Shown: in pieces, positions 14,701 to 26,933 of the stretch
Numbering within the stretch: the stretch's first letter is position 1
How the letters are laid out: every line of letters begins with the position of its first letter
Assembly: GCF_000315625.1 (NCBI RefSeq)
Contig: NW_005434659.1
Span: forward strand, 823,848-887,847
Direction of reading: 5' to 3'
Source of the DNA: Guillardia theta CCMP2712
Lineage: Eukaryota > Protista > Cryptophyta
Length of the DNA: 64,000 nucleotides
The notes under the pieces: generated by a model
Seen by the model: the letters and a program-made list of their open reading frames with translations, nothing else
Database searches by the model: none
What the model was told of the DNA's origin: nothing
Made by a program: the position numbers and the translations under genes

Positions 14701-17700
14701 AGGTGTGTGCACATGTGTTGTTTCGAGGATTCAACACAAGATACCATAACGGATACAAGTCTTCTCTTCGGATGCTCATGCAGCATCTAGAGATCAAGGA
14801 CGAAATCAACCAATTCTCTTTTGCCTCTTCTCAGAGGCAGACGGCAGGACAAGAGGAGGATGAATTTGTGTGCATTGAGCGAGGATGGATCGCGCCTGAG
14901 ATATTCCATGACTATCAATATGATGCTTGGTGGGATTTCAATTTCAAATCTCTATCGATGAATTGGAATGAATCTACCGTCCGCATATTAACAGATTTCT
15001 GTACTGGAGCTTTTCGGGATCGGTCTCAAAGAGCAGGACAGGCACGTTTGAAATCTAGTCTTGTTGATGACGACTTGTTCTATGAAGCCGAAGAGAATCA
15101 GCATGACCCTCAACCAGCTACTGATGAGCCTCATAAGCCGAAGCAGGCATTGAAAATCACAGCCTCTATCAGACTGCTGAGCGCGACGCTTCTGAGGGCC
15201 GGGGACACCGTGGTGAAGATGGCGATGACGGCAGCCGGAGGAGAGTATCAGTCCGGGCCGTCTGGGTCAGTGATCAGCGGGAAGCTGGGAAACTTCGTGG
15301 TAGAGGACCTGAGGCGGGAGGGGCTATACTTCAAGGAGAAGCTGGGCCTGCGAGACACGTCGAAGTCGGTGGTGGAGTTTCGGTACTGCACGTACGACCT
15401 GGCGGGGGAGGAGCATCCGGGATACGACTCGAGCCTCGAGGTAGAGATGTCGTCGACGCGGCTGGTGTACACGCGGGGCTTCATCGAGGACCTGCAGGCG
15501 TACATCTCGTCAGAGCCGCTGATCAACAGCATCATGGGGAAGACGGCGACAGCGGTGGCGCGGTCAGCGAGGAGAGCAGCAGGGCACCACAGCGCAGGGC
15601 TTGGGCTGATGAAGGTACGGTGCCAGCTTGTGAATCCGCTGGTGATACTGCCGGTGAGCGAGGAGGAGGAGCAGCACCTTGTTGCGGACCTGGGGGAGAT
15701 CACGGTAGAGAACAGCTTTGAGACGAGGGAGGAGAGGAAGGAGGAGCACATAGCAGTCAACATCAAGGCTATGAATCTACAGGGGATGGACGTAAAGGAT
15801 GGAAGCGGGAAGTATTAACCATTTCAACATGAGTTTTAACTGCAGCAGGCAAGTTGTCCGTGCTCCGAATGTGCGTTCTGTTTACAATTTTAAGGTTTGG
15901 TTCTCTGAAGCTAACTTGGTATTACATGACTATCATTTCACGACGATATGTCGGATTTTGAAATTCAATCGTCGCCATGCAGCGAAGGTGGATTTGTTGA
16001 ATGTCTCTGGCGAACAAGAATCGATACAAGCCCCAGCTTTCGACCAGTCAAGATTGATTGGTACATTTGAGATGGCAGGCTTGTCTATACGCGCTGGAAT
16101 GCACAGTCGAGATCATGGATCGACGGATTTGGTCCGATGCAATATTACAAAGATGCTTTGCAATTTTCAAAAAGATATTGATAACTTAGAAATGGATTTT
16201 AAGGTGAATTCGGTGGATGTCACTGATATCACAGAAAGTGATGCTATGGGGAACAAGGATATATTGAATGCTGATTCTCTCAACGAAGATACATCTCATT
16301 TAGCCACAATTCACCGTAAAGAGTTTCTCAGCGATTGTCCAGAAAAAGAAGAATATGACGTGCTATGGAGACTAGATTTCCAGAACCTCATCCTCAACTG
16401 GAACGACAAGACTGTCTCCATGCTCCTCAACTATGTCAATACCATGCAAGATATCAGCAAGAGCTTGTTGTCAGGCCGCGATACGTCTGGATCACCGAAG
16501 ATCGAAGCAGGCGAGGTCAGCAGGGAGCTAGACCAGAGCCTGGAGGACAGGGAAGCAAGCAAGAAGGGAAGGAAAGTAGTGAAAGCAACGGCATCCATCA
16601 GACTGCTGAGCGCGACGCTTCTGAGGGCCGGGGACACAGTGGTGAAGATGGCGATGACGGCAGCCGGGGGAGAGTATCAGTCCGGGCCTTCTGGGTCAGT
16701 GATCAGCGGGAAGCTGGGAAACTTCGTGGTAGAGGACCTGAGGCGGGAGGGGCTATACTTCAAGGAGAAGCTGGGCCTGCGAGACACGTCGAAGTCGGTG
16801 GTGGAGTTTCGGTACTGCACGTACGACCTGGCGGGGGAGGAGCATCCGGGATACGACTCGAGCCTCGAGGTAGAGATGTCGTCGACGCGGCTGGTGTACA
16901 CGCGGGGCTTCATCGAGGACCTGCAGGCGTACATCTCGTCAGAGCCGCTGATCAACAGCATCATGGGGAAGACGGCGACAGCGGTGGCGCGGTCAGCGAG
17001 GAGAGCAGCAGGGCACCACAGCGCAGGGCTTGGGCTGATGAAGGTACGGTGCCAGCTTGTGAATCCGCTGGTGATACTGCCGGTGAGCGAGGAGGAGGAG
17101 CAGCACCTTGTTGCGGACCTGGGGGAGATCACGGTAGAGAACAGCTTTGAGACGAGGGAGGAGAGGAAGGAGGAGCACATAGCAGTCAACATCAAGGCTA
17201 TGAACATTCAGCAAGATAGTTTGTCAGAGAGCTCTCGCTCTATTCTTAACCATTTCAACATGAGTTTTAACTGCAGCAGGCAAGTTGTCCGTGCTCCGAA
17301 TGTGCGTTCTGTTTACAATTTTAAGGTTTGGTTCTCTGAAGCTAACTTGGTATTACATGACTATCATTTCACGACGATATGTCGGATTTTGAAATTCAAT
17401 CGTCGCCATGCAGCGAAGGTGGATTTGTTGAATGTCTCTGGCGAACAAGAATCGATACAAGCCCCAGCTTTCGACCAGTCAAGATTGATTGGTACATTTG
17501 AGATGGCAGGCTTGTCTATACGCGCTGGAATGCACAGTCGAGATCATGGATCGACGGATTTGGTCCGATGCAATATTACAAAGATGCTTTGCAATTTTCA
17601 AAAAGATATTGATAACTTAGAAATGGATTTTAAGGTGAATTCGGTGGATGTCACTGATATCACAGAAATTGAGAAGGGGGAACGAGTTTTATTATCCTCA

Positions 17701-20700
17701 AGAGAAAGTGACAATCAAAGTGGAGAACTCGCAAGGATACAGTACGCCTCCTTTTCACCTTCCTGCCAACACAAACCAGACTATGACGTGCTATGGAGAC
17801 TAGATTTCCAGAACCTCATCCTCAACTGGAACGATAAGACTGTCTCTATGCTCCTCAACTATGTCAATACCATGCAAGATATCAGCAAGAGCTTGTTGTC
17901 AGGCCGCGATACGTCTGGATCACCGAAGATCGAAGCAGGCGAGGTCAGCAGGGAGCTAGACCAGAGCCTGGAGGACAGGGAAGCAAGCAAGAAGGGAAGG
18001 AAAGTAGTGAAAGCAACGGCATCCATCAGACTGCTGAGCGCGACGCTTCTGAGGGCCGGGGACACCGTGGTGAAGATGGCGATGACGGCAGCCGGGGGAG
18101 AGTATCAGTCCGGGCCTTCTGGGTCAGTGATCAGCGGGAAGCTGGGAAACTTCGTGGTAGAGGACCTGAGGCGGGAGGGGCTATACTTCAAGGAGAAGCT
18201 GGGCCTGCGAGACACGTCGAAGTCGGTGGTGGAGTTTCGGTACTGCACGTACGACCTGGCGGGGGAGGAGCATCCGGGATACGACTCGAGCCTCGAGGTA
18301 GAGATGTCGTCGACGCGGCTGGTGTACACGCGGGGCTTCATCGAGGACCTGCAGGCGTACATCTCGTCAGAGCCGCTGATCAACAGCATCATGGGGAAGA
18401 CGGCGACAGCGGTGGCGCGGTCAGCGAGGAGAGCAGCAGGGCACCACAGCGCAGGGCTTGGGCTGATGAAGGTACGGTGCCAGCTTGTGAATCCGCTGGT
18501 GATACTGCCGGTGAGCGAGGAGGAGGAGCAGCACCTTGTTGCGGACCTGGGGGAGATCACGGTAGAGAACAGCTTTGAGACGAGGGAGGAGAGGAAGGAG
18601 GAGCACATAGCAGTCAACATCAAGGCTATGAATCTACAGGGGATGGACGTAAAGGATGGAAGCGGGAAATATCTTATGGACCAAGTGAATGTCGGGTTAA
18701 AGCTTGATCGTTGCGTTAAGACAGCCGGGAAAGGGCAAACAGACAAGAGGATTGAGGTTGCGATCGATGTGTCAGAAGTCTGCTCGCATGTAGAGTTGTC
18801 TCAGTTGCATTTGTTCTTCTCGGTTCTTGGCTCATCGTTCTCTTCACCAAAGAGAGCCATTGTCTTGTCTCCCACAAAGAAGTCGAGAAATTCTTCGGCT
18901 GGTAGGGATTCCAATCGATTGCAATCGAAAGAGCTGATGGTAAACCTATCCTTCGCTGCGTTGAAGCTGCTCACTTGGAGTTTGCGAGATGGCAAGTATG
19001 TGCCTCATACTTTCTTTTCCCTAGAGCAACCCAAGTTTTACTATGAGGCACTCGGGGAGTCAAGGAAGATGAGTTGTTCTGTGCAGAAATTCGAAATGAC
19101 ATTTGAAGGGAACGACATTCTGGACAAAGTCTCCCTGGTGAGATATTACCACGAGAATGATTCGCTGGTTCCCGAAACGGAAATTGAATCCAATCCTCAA
19201 CTCAAGATTGAGTACTCGGATCTTTCCGGGCAGGAGGAGAAGCCGGGGTGTGATTCAAGGCTTCGAATCGTATTGTTTCGTCCCGAGATGATGTTGGCTC
19301 CGAGCGCGGTAGCTGAAGTATTCTTGTACTTCAGAGACATCCTGGAATGTTACGCGCAATTTCAGAAGAAGTTTCATCATTCTCCTAGCGCAAGCACAAC
19401 GGAAGAGGAGGACCGGCTGACATCTCTACAGACAATGAAGACAGACATAGAGATCTATAAACCAAGAATTTCTTTTCTTGATGAGAAATCTAAACAGGGA
19501 GCTGCAAAAATTGTGTTGCAGTCTGATATCCGCCTCACGGGCATGTCTTCCCATAATTCTTGGAAGTTTCAGAGCTGCGATCTGGAGCACATTGAAATGT
19601 TTGTAACCGAGAAGGTAACGAGCCAGGCGATGAGGTCGATTGTCGACCCTTTCGACATGAACATTGCCTTGAAACATGTAGAGGACGACGAAAACTCCAT
19701 CGAGTTGCTCGCTGTCGATATTTCGTCGGCGGTTGAGGCGCAGCTCTCATACCAAGATTGGATCTTGGCTTACCTGATGTTCGGAGGCTGGAAAGAACTA
19801 TGGAGCCTTCTAGACAGCCAGTCGAATCTGTCAAAGGGCAAAGAGAGTGCGAAGATGTTGTTTCGTTCCAAGTCCACGACAGCCTTCACCTTCTGCTGCC
19901 CTCAGATTTGCGTCACTTTCATCAACGACTGCTTTTCAGAGTCGCACATCCCTGTGCTGGAGGTGAGAGGGTCGCCGGTGGCTGTGACCAACAACGTGAA
20001 AGGAAGTGTTTGGCACCAGCAGGTGAACGTCGGCCTTGAGATTGACTACTTCAACATGGAGATCGCTGAGTGGGAACCGTTCCTGGAGTACTGGCCCCTC
20101 AACCTTTCACGGGAGATGGCCAACAACTCGATCACATTGAAAGTTGGGTCGTCAGATCCAGGGGAGTTCAACCTCACCCTGGGGTTCTTGGAATGCCTCT
20201 CGCTCAACCGCCAGACTTTGCAACGGGCCCTTGACAACCTTGAGAGCGACGGGGCGATGGAAGAGACTTATGACGAGGCCGGGAGGATCAGCATCTTACA
20301 CCCCTACCACGTTAGGAACGACATCGGGGTGGCAGTTGAGTGTGCGACGGTCGATGACCCGGGCAACGAGCTGAGCATCGTTGTGGCTCCGGGAGCCTGC
20401 GTCCCCATGGACATCAAGAGCTCCCGGCGGAATCAACGGAAGAGACTTGCCAAGGCGCAGCGGATCTCGCTCAACGTCGGGGAAGGATGGTACCCTTGTG
20501 TGGTCCGGATCGATCGAGTGGGCAAGCAGAACCTTGTGTTCAAGCCGATACGCCAGGAGGGGAACGACTGCAGGGTGATCTGCGACATCAAGCTCGTGGA
20601 GGGGTCCAAGCACATCTCCCTCGTCTCCTCTGTTCGCGTGGTCAACAAGACATCTCACTCCTTCAGCCTCCTCTTCGAGCCCGACGGCTCTCAACCGCAG

Positions 20701-23700
20701 GAAGGAGGCATCCTCGACCTCTCGCCCCAGCAGTCCCTCTCGGTCCCCGTGCAGCTCGTGGCTCACTGCTGCCTCCGGATCCAACCCACCGAGCGACACA
20801 AGTGGAGCTCTCCCCTTGAGCTCCGCAAACCCCCGAGGGACGTCAACGGCAAAGCGTGTCCGAGGATCTGGTTGTACAATGCCGAAGACTCTTCGGAATC
20901 CACCAGAGACTCCTTCTACATGTGGGTGAGGATGAACAGCCCTGACATGTTCCGCATCAACATCACTCTCACTCCCATCCTCACCCTCTGCAATGAGTTG
21001 GCCCTGCCGATCAACTACGGCATCTGCGTTGGTGACAACGGTCAAAAGAAGATTCCCAAGTCTCAGAACTCGATCGCACCTGGCGAGAAAGTAGAGCATC
21101 ACAACGTATCCCCCGCCGAGACAGCCTTCTTTGCGATCAAACTTCCGGGGATGAAGTGGAGCAACTACGCACGAATCCAGGCAGATCGTCGGGTGAATCA
21201 GGATGTCGAGCTGCACAGAGAAGTCTACTGTAAGGATGACGCGGACGATTCGCTCAAATTGTGTGTCTCCATCAGCAACTTCGTGATCCGAGACGCCACC
21301 TCTGACTTCGGGCGAGACAGGAGGATCACGCTCTCCTGCCCCTACTGGATCCGAAATCTGACCGGCCTTCCCTTGTCTTTCTGCCTGGGAAGTCCGAATC
21401 TGAACTCGGGGGATATGGATGTAGTCATGCCAACTCCGCGCATGCTGTCGAATGTGAACATGCATCCTGCCATCTCCTCCTTTCCTTCGGGCTTCTCGTT
21501 CGCCGGCATGAACTCCATGCAAGGGATGATGCTGGCTCGATCCTCGGCTGATGCCTCCGTAGACTTCATGATGCCCGGACTGAAGGAGTTCCAGAGGATG
21601 GAGCTGGAGAAGAACACTGTGTCCAACGGCCTCGTCGAGCGTCCGATCGGGAGCGAGCGTCTCAAGCCCGAGGACTACCCCTCGCTCATGTTCTCGTTCT
21701 CGGCCTCTAAGCGCAGGCTGCTCCATGTTAAAGTGGCAGGCTCCAGCTGGTCCGAAGGTATTCCCATCCACGATGGTGGAGCGAGCGGGATGGTGGAGAT
21801 AAGGAACGAGGGGAGGGGCGGGAATGAAGGGCCGAGCTCTGACTTCCTGTTTCAATTGTCTCTGACAACTCAGACCAAGAAAGGGACTCACTTCAAGACT
21901 GAAATCCTAACGTTCCGTCCTCGGTTCGTCATCGTGAACAAGTTAGACCAGACGGTTCATTATCGACAGATGGATACCGAAGGCATCTACATAGTTCGCC
22001 CCGACCACAAGACAAACTTTCACTGGCCCAACGCAAACTGTCCCAACGAGCTCTGCATCCGCATCGTCGCTGAGGTGGAAGGGACTGAGACTACGAGCAT
22101 GCCGTATGAGTGGTCGGGAGCGTTTGATATCTCCACCTTGGGTGAATCGCATGTGAGTGAACGAGCCTTTGATAGCCCGACGTCTTCTCCTCCCCTGACC
22201 TATCTTGCAGATTCGTCTCAGGTCCAAGGAACCTGAGTGGCCCTCGTGCATCGTCAGGGTGAGCTCTCTTGGTGCTGTGGGAGGCAGGAGGGCTGACGGG
22301 GACGCAGATCGAGGTCAGAAACATCGGTGAGACGCTGCACGTCATCTTTCAGGCCGAGTCTTCCAGCATCCCCCCCTACAGGATCAGCAACATGACCTCC
22401 CTCGCCCTCCTTGTCAATCAGGCTGTGCAGGGCTACGACCAGCACGTCGACCTGGTGCCCCCCAACTCGTCGATCCCTTTCGCGTGGGACAAGCCGCTGC
22501 TGGAGCATGTGCTTGCCGTCAGGGTGGCGGGAGCCGGAGACACGCCGTCGTGCGCCCTCTGCAAGTTTGACAAGATCGGGCAGACCAAGTTCTTCTTCAT
22601 CAACGACAGGAAGGTCTTGCTGAGCGTGATAGCCGATGGTCCTACGAGGGTGCTGAGAGCTTTCTTCGAGAGCCGCACGGAGATGGGAGTCGAGTCTCCC
22701 GTTGCTGCTCGGGAGGCCATGCAAGGGCCGGAGGGCTCGACGGATGAGGGCAACAAGTTTCAGATGTCAGTTGAGTTCAACAGAGTCTCCGTGACCATGG
22801 TCGACCTCCACCCGCAAGAGCTCGTTTGCATGCACTTGCAGTGTGTGCAGCTGAACTACGAGAAGAAGCTTCTGCTTACTGAGAAGAACAGGTCCCTGCT
22901 CCTGCTCGTGCAAGACTTTCAGGTCGACAACATGCTTCAGCGCACTCCTCACCCAGTCGTCCTCTACAGCTCGATCAAGGGGGATGACAAGCCTTTCTTG
23001 CAGCTAGAGATGGTGCAGGACCTCAACGGCGAGTCAACGATCCTCACGTTCCAATCGGTCCTAGCGGAGATCAAGGACGTGGAGTTGAACCTGGAGGGGA
23101 GAATAGTGATGCTGGTGTACCTCTACTACTTGTCTTGCATGGAACTCCTTCAAGTGTCGAGAGGAGACGTCCAGGTTATAGACGAGAATGCTCTCTTCTC
23201 CCCGAACTCCTCCAACAAGATCTACGTGCAGTCCTTCGCTCTCCCAGCTGTCAACGTCAACTTCAGCTTCGCCCGCCGCGATCTCGGGGAAGGCGACTTC
23301 AAGAATGCCAACGAGGTCGCTCAACGGCTGTCATGGCTCGCAGCATCGGTCGACAACGCGCCGCTGACCCTCAACGACCTGTCGATCCATCATGCCTTTA
23401 TGGACCCGCGGTCCCTCCTCAACGTCCTCCGGGAGCACTACCAGAAGGAGTGCGTGCGGCAGCTGTACCGCATCCTTGGGTCCGTCGAGGTCCTCGGGAA
23501 TCCCGTCGGGTTGATGAGGAACTTGGGGACAGGGTTCAAGGCGTTCCGGACGGGGATCAGTGGGCTGCGGAATGGCGACCAGCAGTCGTTCAAGGACGGG
23601 ACGAAGGTGCTGGTGCAGCACGTAGGGCACGGGTTCTCCAACACGCTCAGCAAGGTCTCCTCCTCCGTCAGCAGAGGGCTCGCCTCCGTCGCTCTTGATA

Positions 23701-24670
23701 AGGACTTCATCAGGGAGCGGGAGGAGCAGAAGGACTACAGGGGCAGACCGGAAGACTACAAGGTCGGGTTCAAGCAGGGAACCTCTCATCTTGCGAGGAG
23801 CGTGGGGAGCGGGATCTCGGGGTTCATGAACAAGCCTGTGGAGGGGTACAACAGGGCTGGGATGAAGGGGATGATGCAGGGGATGGTGCATGGGGTCGCA
23901 GGCCTCATCTGCAAGCCAACCTCAGGGCTGCTGGACCTGATCGCCAACACGAGCGAGGGGCTCAGAAACCAGACGAACCCCCTTGGGAAAGTGACGGTAG
24001 GGAGGATGCGGGAGCCAAGGCTCCTCAACTACGACCGCGTCCTGCGCTCACTCAACGCGGCTCCTCTCCCGCACATCGAGCTCTTCCACCGCCTGATCGG
24101 AGACACTCGCTCCGATCTCTCCTTGCATGGCGACCTGCAGAGCGACATGTACCGCAGTCACATCGTCCTCGACGACGGTGTCCTCTTCTTCACCGACAAG
24201 CACTGCCTCTACGCACGGCGGCAGCCGGCGGCGTCGGACGGGTGGGGGGAGAAGGGAATCAATGCGCCGGTGAAGCCAGCGCAGGTGAGGAAGAGACGTA
24301 GGAGGGAGGGGGCAGGAGGGAGGGGGCAGGAGGGAGGGGGCAGGAGGGAGGGGAGGCGTTCCTGAATATCTGGCAGGCGAGTGGCTGCTCCCTGGTTTGG
24401 TGTATCTCCTGGAGAGACCTGGGGGGGATCGAGGCAAGGGGCGACTGCGTATGGCTCCAGGCAGATCCATCAGCCTATGCTGATTGGGAGAAAGTGGTGA
24501 GGGAGGAGGATGGACCGGGGAAGGGGAGAGGGAAGAGGAAGAGAAAGCCCTTTGCTGACTCTCTCTTGCAGCCGTTTCCATGCCGTGAAGACGTACAGCT
24601 GATCTTGTACGCGATGCATGACGCGTGGAAGGGAGGGGTAGAGGACGAAGAGGTCGAGCTGGTTGCTTGA
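11740..24670 (+). CDS. VPS13: VPS13-family bridge-like lipid transfer protein (multi-exon; frame break at about 15813)
   Basis: Chorein N-terminus (LKNLLGTYLDGVTEDSLNLQLLGGKLKLENLSIKETAL..LELPF), KWFRYAI, repeated beta-groove modules (P.I..P....LVADLGEITVEN), VAB region (WEPFLEYW, PYWIRNLTGLPL, FRPRFVIVNK, PYRISN, FAWDKP) and C-terminal ATG_C (ILGSVEVLGNPVGL, KPVEG..G..G..QG...GVAGL..KPTSGLLD). Confidence 0.96.
15168..18668 (+). repeat. Internal near-identical coding repeats in VPS13, period about 1428 bp
   Basis: Block A (608 bp) at 15168-15775, 16597-17204 and 18025-18632; block B (423 bp) at 15815-16237 and 17246-17668; block C at 16354-16596 and 17782-18024. Copies differ by only a few silent SNPs. 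Confidence 0.95.
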
Positions 24671-24858
24671 CGATGTGAAGAATCAGCAAGGGAAGGGTTT
24701 GGAGTTTGATTATTCTTTGATGTGAACCTTAAGTGGAAAAATGATTGTGCACCCCTCGCGCGTCCGAACCTCGATCGCTTCCTCTTCTTCCTGCTCTTCA
24801 GAATAACACATTCCTATTCACTTGCTGCTGCTGCTGCTGCTGCTGCTGCTGAAGCGAC

Positions 24859-25627
24859 TCAAGACTCTTCGTTCTCCATGGGCTCTTCCTCTCCTGCCAG
24901 TCCATCGGCGTTCCCTTGGCCGCCTTGTCCGTCGAAGGATTGGCTATTCTGCTCGTAGATCTTCTGCCGCGCGTGTGTGACTGTGATCTGTCTGCCCAGC
25001 AATTCCTGCAAGGAAGTTCACAAGCAAGGAAGTTCTCTTTCCTCTCTTCTACCCTTCCGTTCATCTCTTCTATGGCCTTCGCCGCACTGTGTTCCTCACT
25101 GAAGGTCACAAACCCGAACCCTCGGGACCTCCCAGAGTATCTGTCCACCATCACCTTAGCCTGCAAGGTCATCAGATCTCTGCCGCCTCCTCTGCTGCTC
25201 TCTACCTCACAGTTCCCGAACTCCTGGAACGCCTCCATCAGCTGCTGGTCGTCCACTTCCCAGGACAGCCCGCTCACAAACAGTTTGAGGGGGTCGATAG
25301 GACCATCAGGGGGCCCACGTGGGGCTCCCCTTCCACGTCCTCTTCCGCGTGCTCTTCCACGGTACCCGCCCCGATCACCGTAGTCTCTGCAGCAAGCATG
25401 ATCAGAAGCAGTTGGAGCAAAGCTGGCAATTGCAGCACACGTTCACCCGCAGCCCTCTCTCACCTTCCGTAACCCTGATCATATTGGTTGTCGTCTCCGC
25501 GGAATCCTCCTCTGAGACGAAGAGGAGAGGAGATCGAGCGGCAAGCTCGGTCTGAGTTAACCTCCTCAAGAGAGCCCAACGAGGCCACGACAAGGAGTAC
25601 AAGGCTACTCCAGGAAATTGTATTCAT
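24859..25627 (-). CDS. Glycine-rich RRM RNA-binding protein with signal peptide and LRLRGG motif
   Basis: RNP2 LFVSGLSW and RNP1 RSRGFGFVTF; RGG repeats (RGGYRGRARGRGRG); N-terminus MNTISWSSLVLLVVASLG..SPLRLRGG; short introns. Confidence 0.88.
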
Positions 25628-26933
25628 TCTGCTTGAAATCTGCATTAATCGGGATCAGAAACGATGTTATGAACAGAGCATCTTCAGTTTTGAATTGGTA
25701 TCATTACCAATGCCCTTTATGTTCTCGCCTCTTACTGGAACCTAGCATTCTCTCTCTCCGTCTGCTCACGTTTTCCATCAGATATCTGCGGATCCCGCAA
25801 GATCTCCTCAGGGACCGTTTGTGATGCTCGGGTATGCTTGAGCTGAGTCTCGAACTTGGCCCCTGCCTCCTCTCACAGGCTGAACAGCATGGCGACTCAT
25901 CTTGTCTAGTCTAACTCTTTATTTCCTCCTCCTCCCGCTCTCTCTCCCTCCCCTTATCGTAGCCCGTCCCACACTCCGCCCCGCCATAACAGAAGCGACC
26001 GATCGTGGTAGAAGTAGGTTTTAGTATAAATATTTTTGTGACAAAATGATACTAAAAATAGTTTCTCAAAATCTTATATGTAATAAAAACATTTATAGAA
26101 CGTTATTAAAATATATATATACTCTACATATTTATAAAAGTCTGATACTAGACCCCCTAGGACCCATGTATAGGACCTTGAGTTGTACGTAGGGGCCGGG
26201 GTTGCAGGGGGAAGGAATCAGCAGGGGTAGGGAAGGGACCCTCGATAAATCAGGGGTAGTTGACTGTATAATGAAGGGGTGGTGACAATTTTTGAGTACG
26301 GTGGGGTGGGCGCAACTCACGTGTGTCTGTTATACCCTGTTCTTTGTGTAGGGTAGTGGTAGGGTAGGGTGACGAATTACCAGCTTTCTGCTTAAATACA
26401 AGTGAACTGCAGTTAATTTTACTAATTGTTTGTTAATTTGGTCTCAGTAATCAGGAAATCAATTAAATCTCGCTATATTAATGCTATTTTAGTTGAAAAT
26501 AAGCTATATAGCATCGCATAAGCTTAGAATAAGCTATGTAGAATCGCATTTAAGTTAAATGTTCCAAAAATTAACCTAAAAGTTGAAGATGACTTGTCTT
26601 GTTTGCCGCTCTTCTCAGACTTCCATGCATGCGGGAGTGGAAGGAGGCGGGAGGGAGGGGAAAGAGGAAGGGGAGGAGCAATATGTGATGGTGGGATGCT
26701 GTGAGAGAAGGAAATATGAAGGATACAGGGAGATGTAGGAAAGACATGGTGGTCGTTGCGTCAAAGCGAGACAGGAAGAAGCTTACGCTTGGCGAATCGA
26801 TTTGAGGAAGGGCATTTGTTATTTCAATGCGCGCTGATGGAGGTTTGAAAGATGAGCTCATTCTGAAACTTGTGACAGGGGATAATCATTCATCTAGACT
26901 AGAAGAGGCGCTCAAGGACTTCATCAGCACGAT

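Noticed and set aside
20296-21891. 531-aa minus-strand ORF and similar antisense ORFs
   Set aside because: Shadows of GC3-rich VPS13 coding sequence with no recognisable motifs.
26000-26600. ACTACCCCT/AGGGGTAGT motif (about 26252, 38262, 50571, 60033) as transposon termini
   Set aside because: Only 9 bp, with no consistent pairing or target-site duplication; cannot be supported without a genome search.
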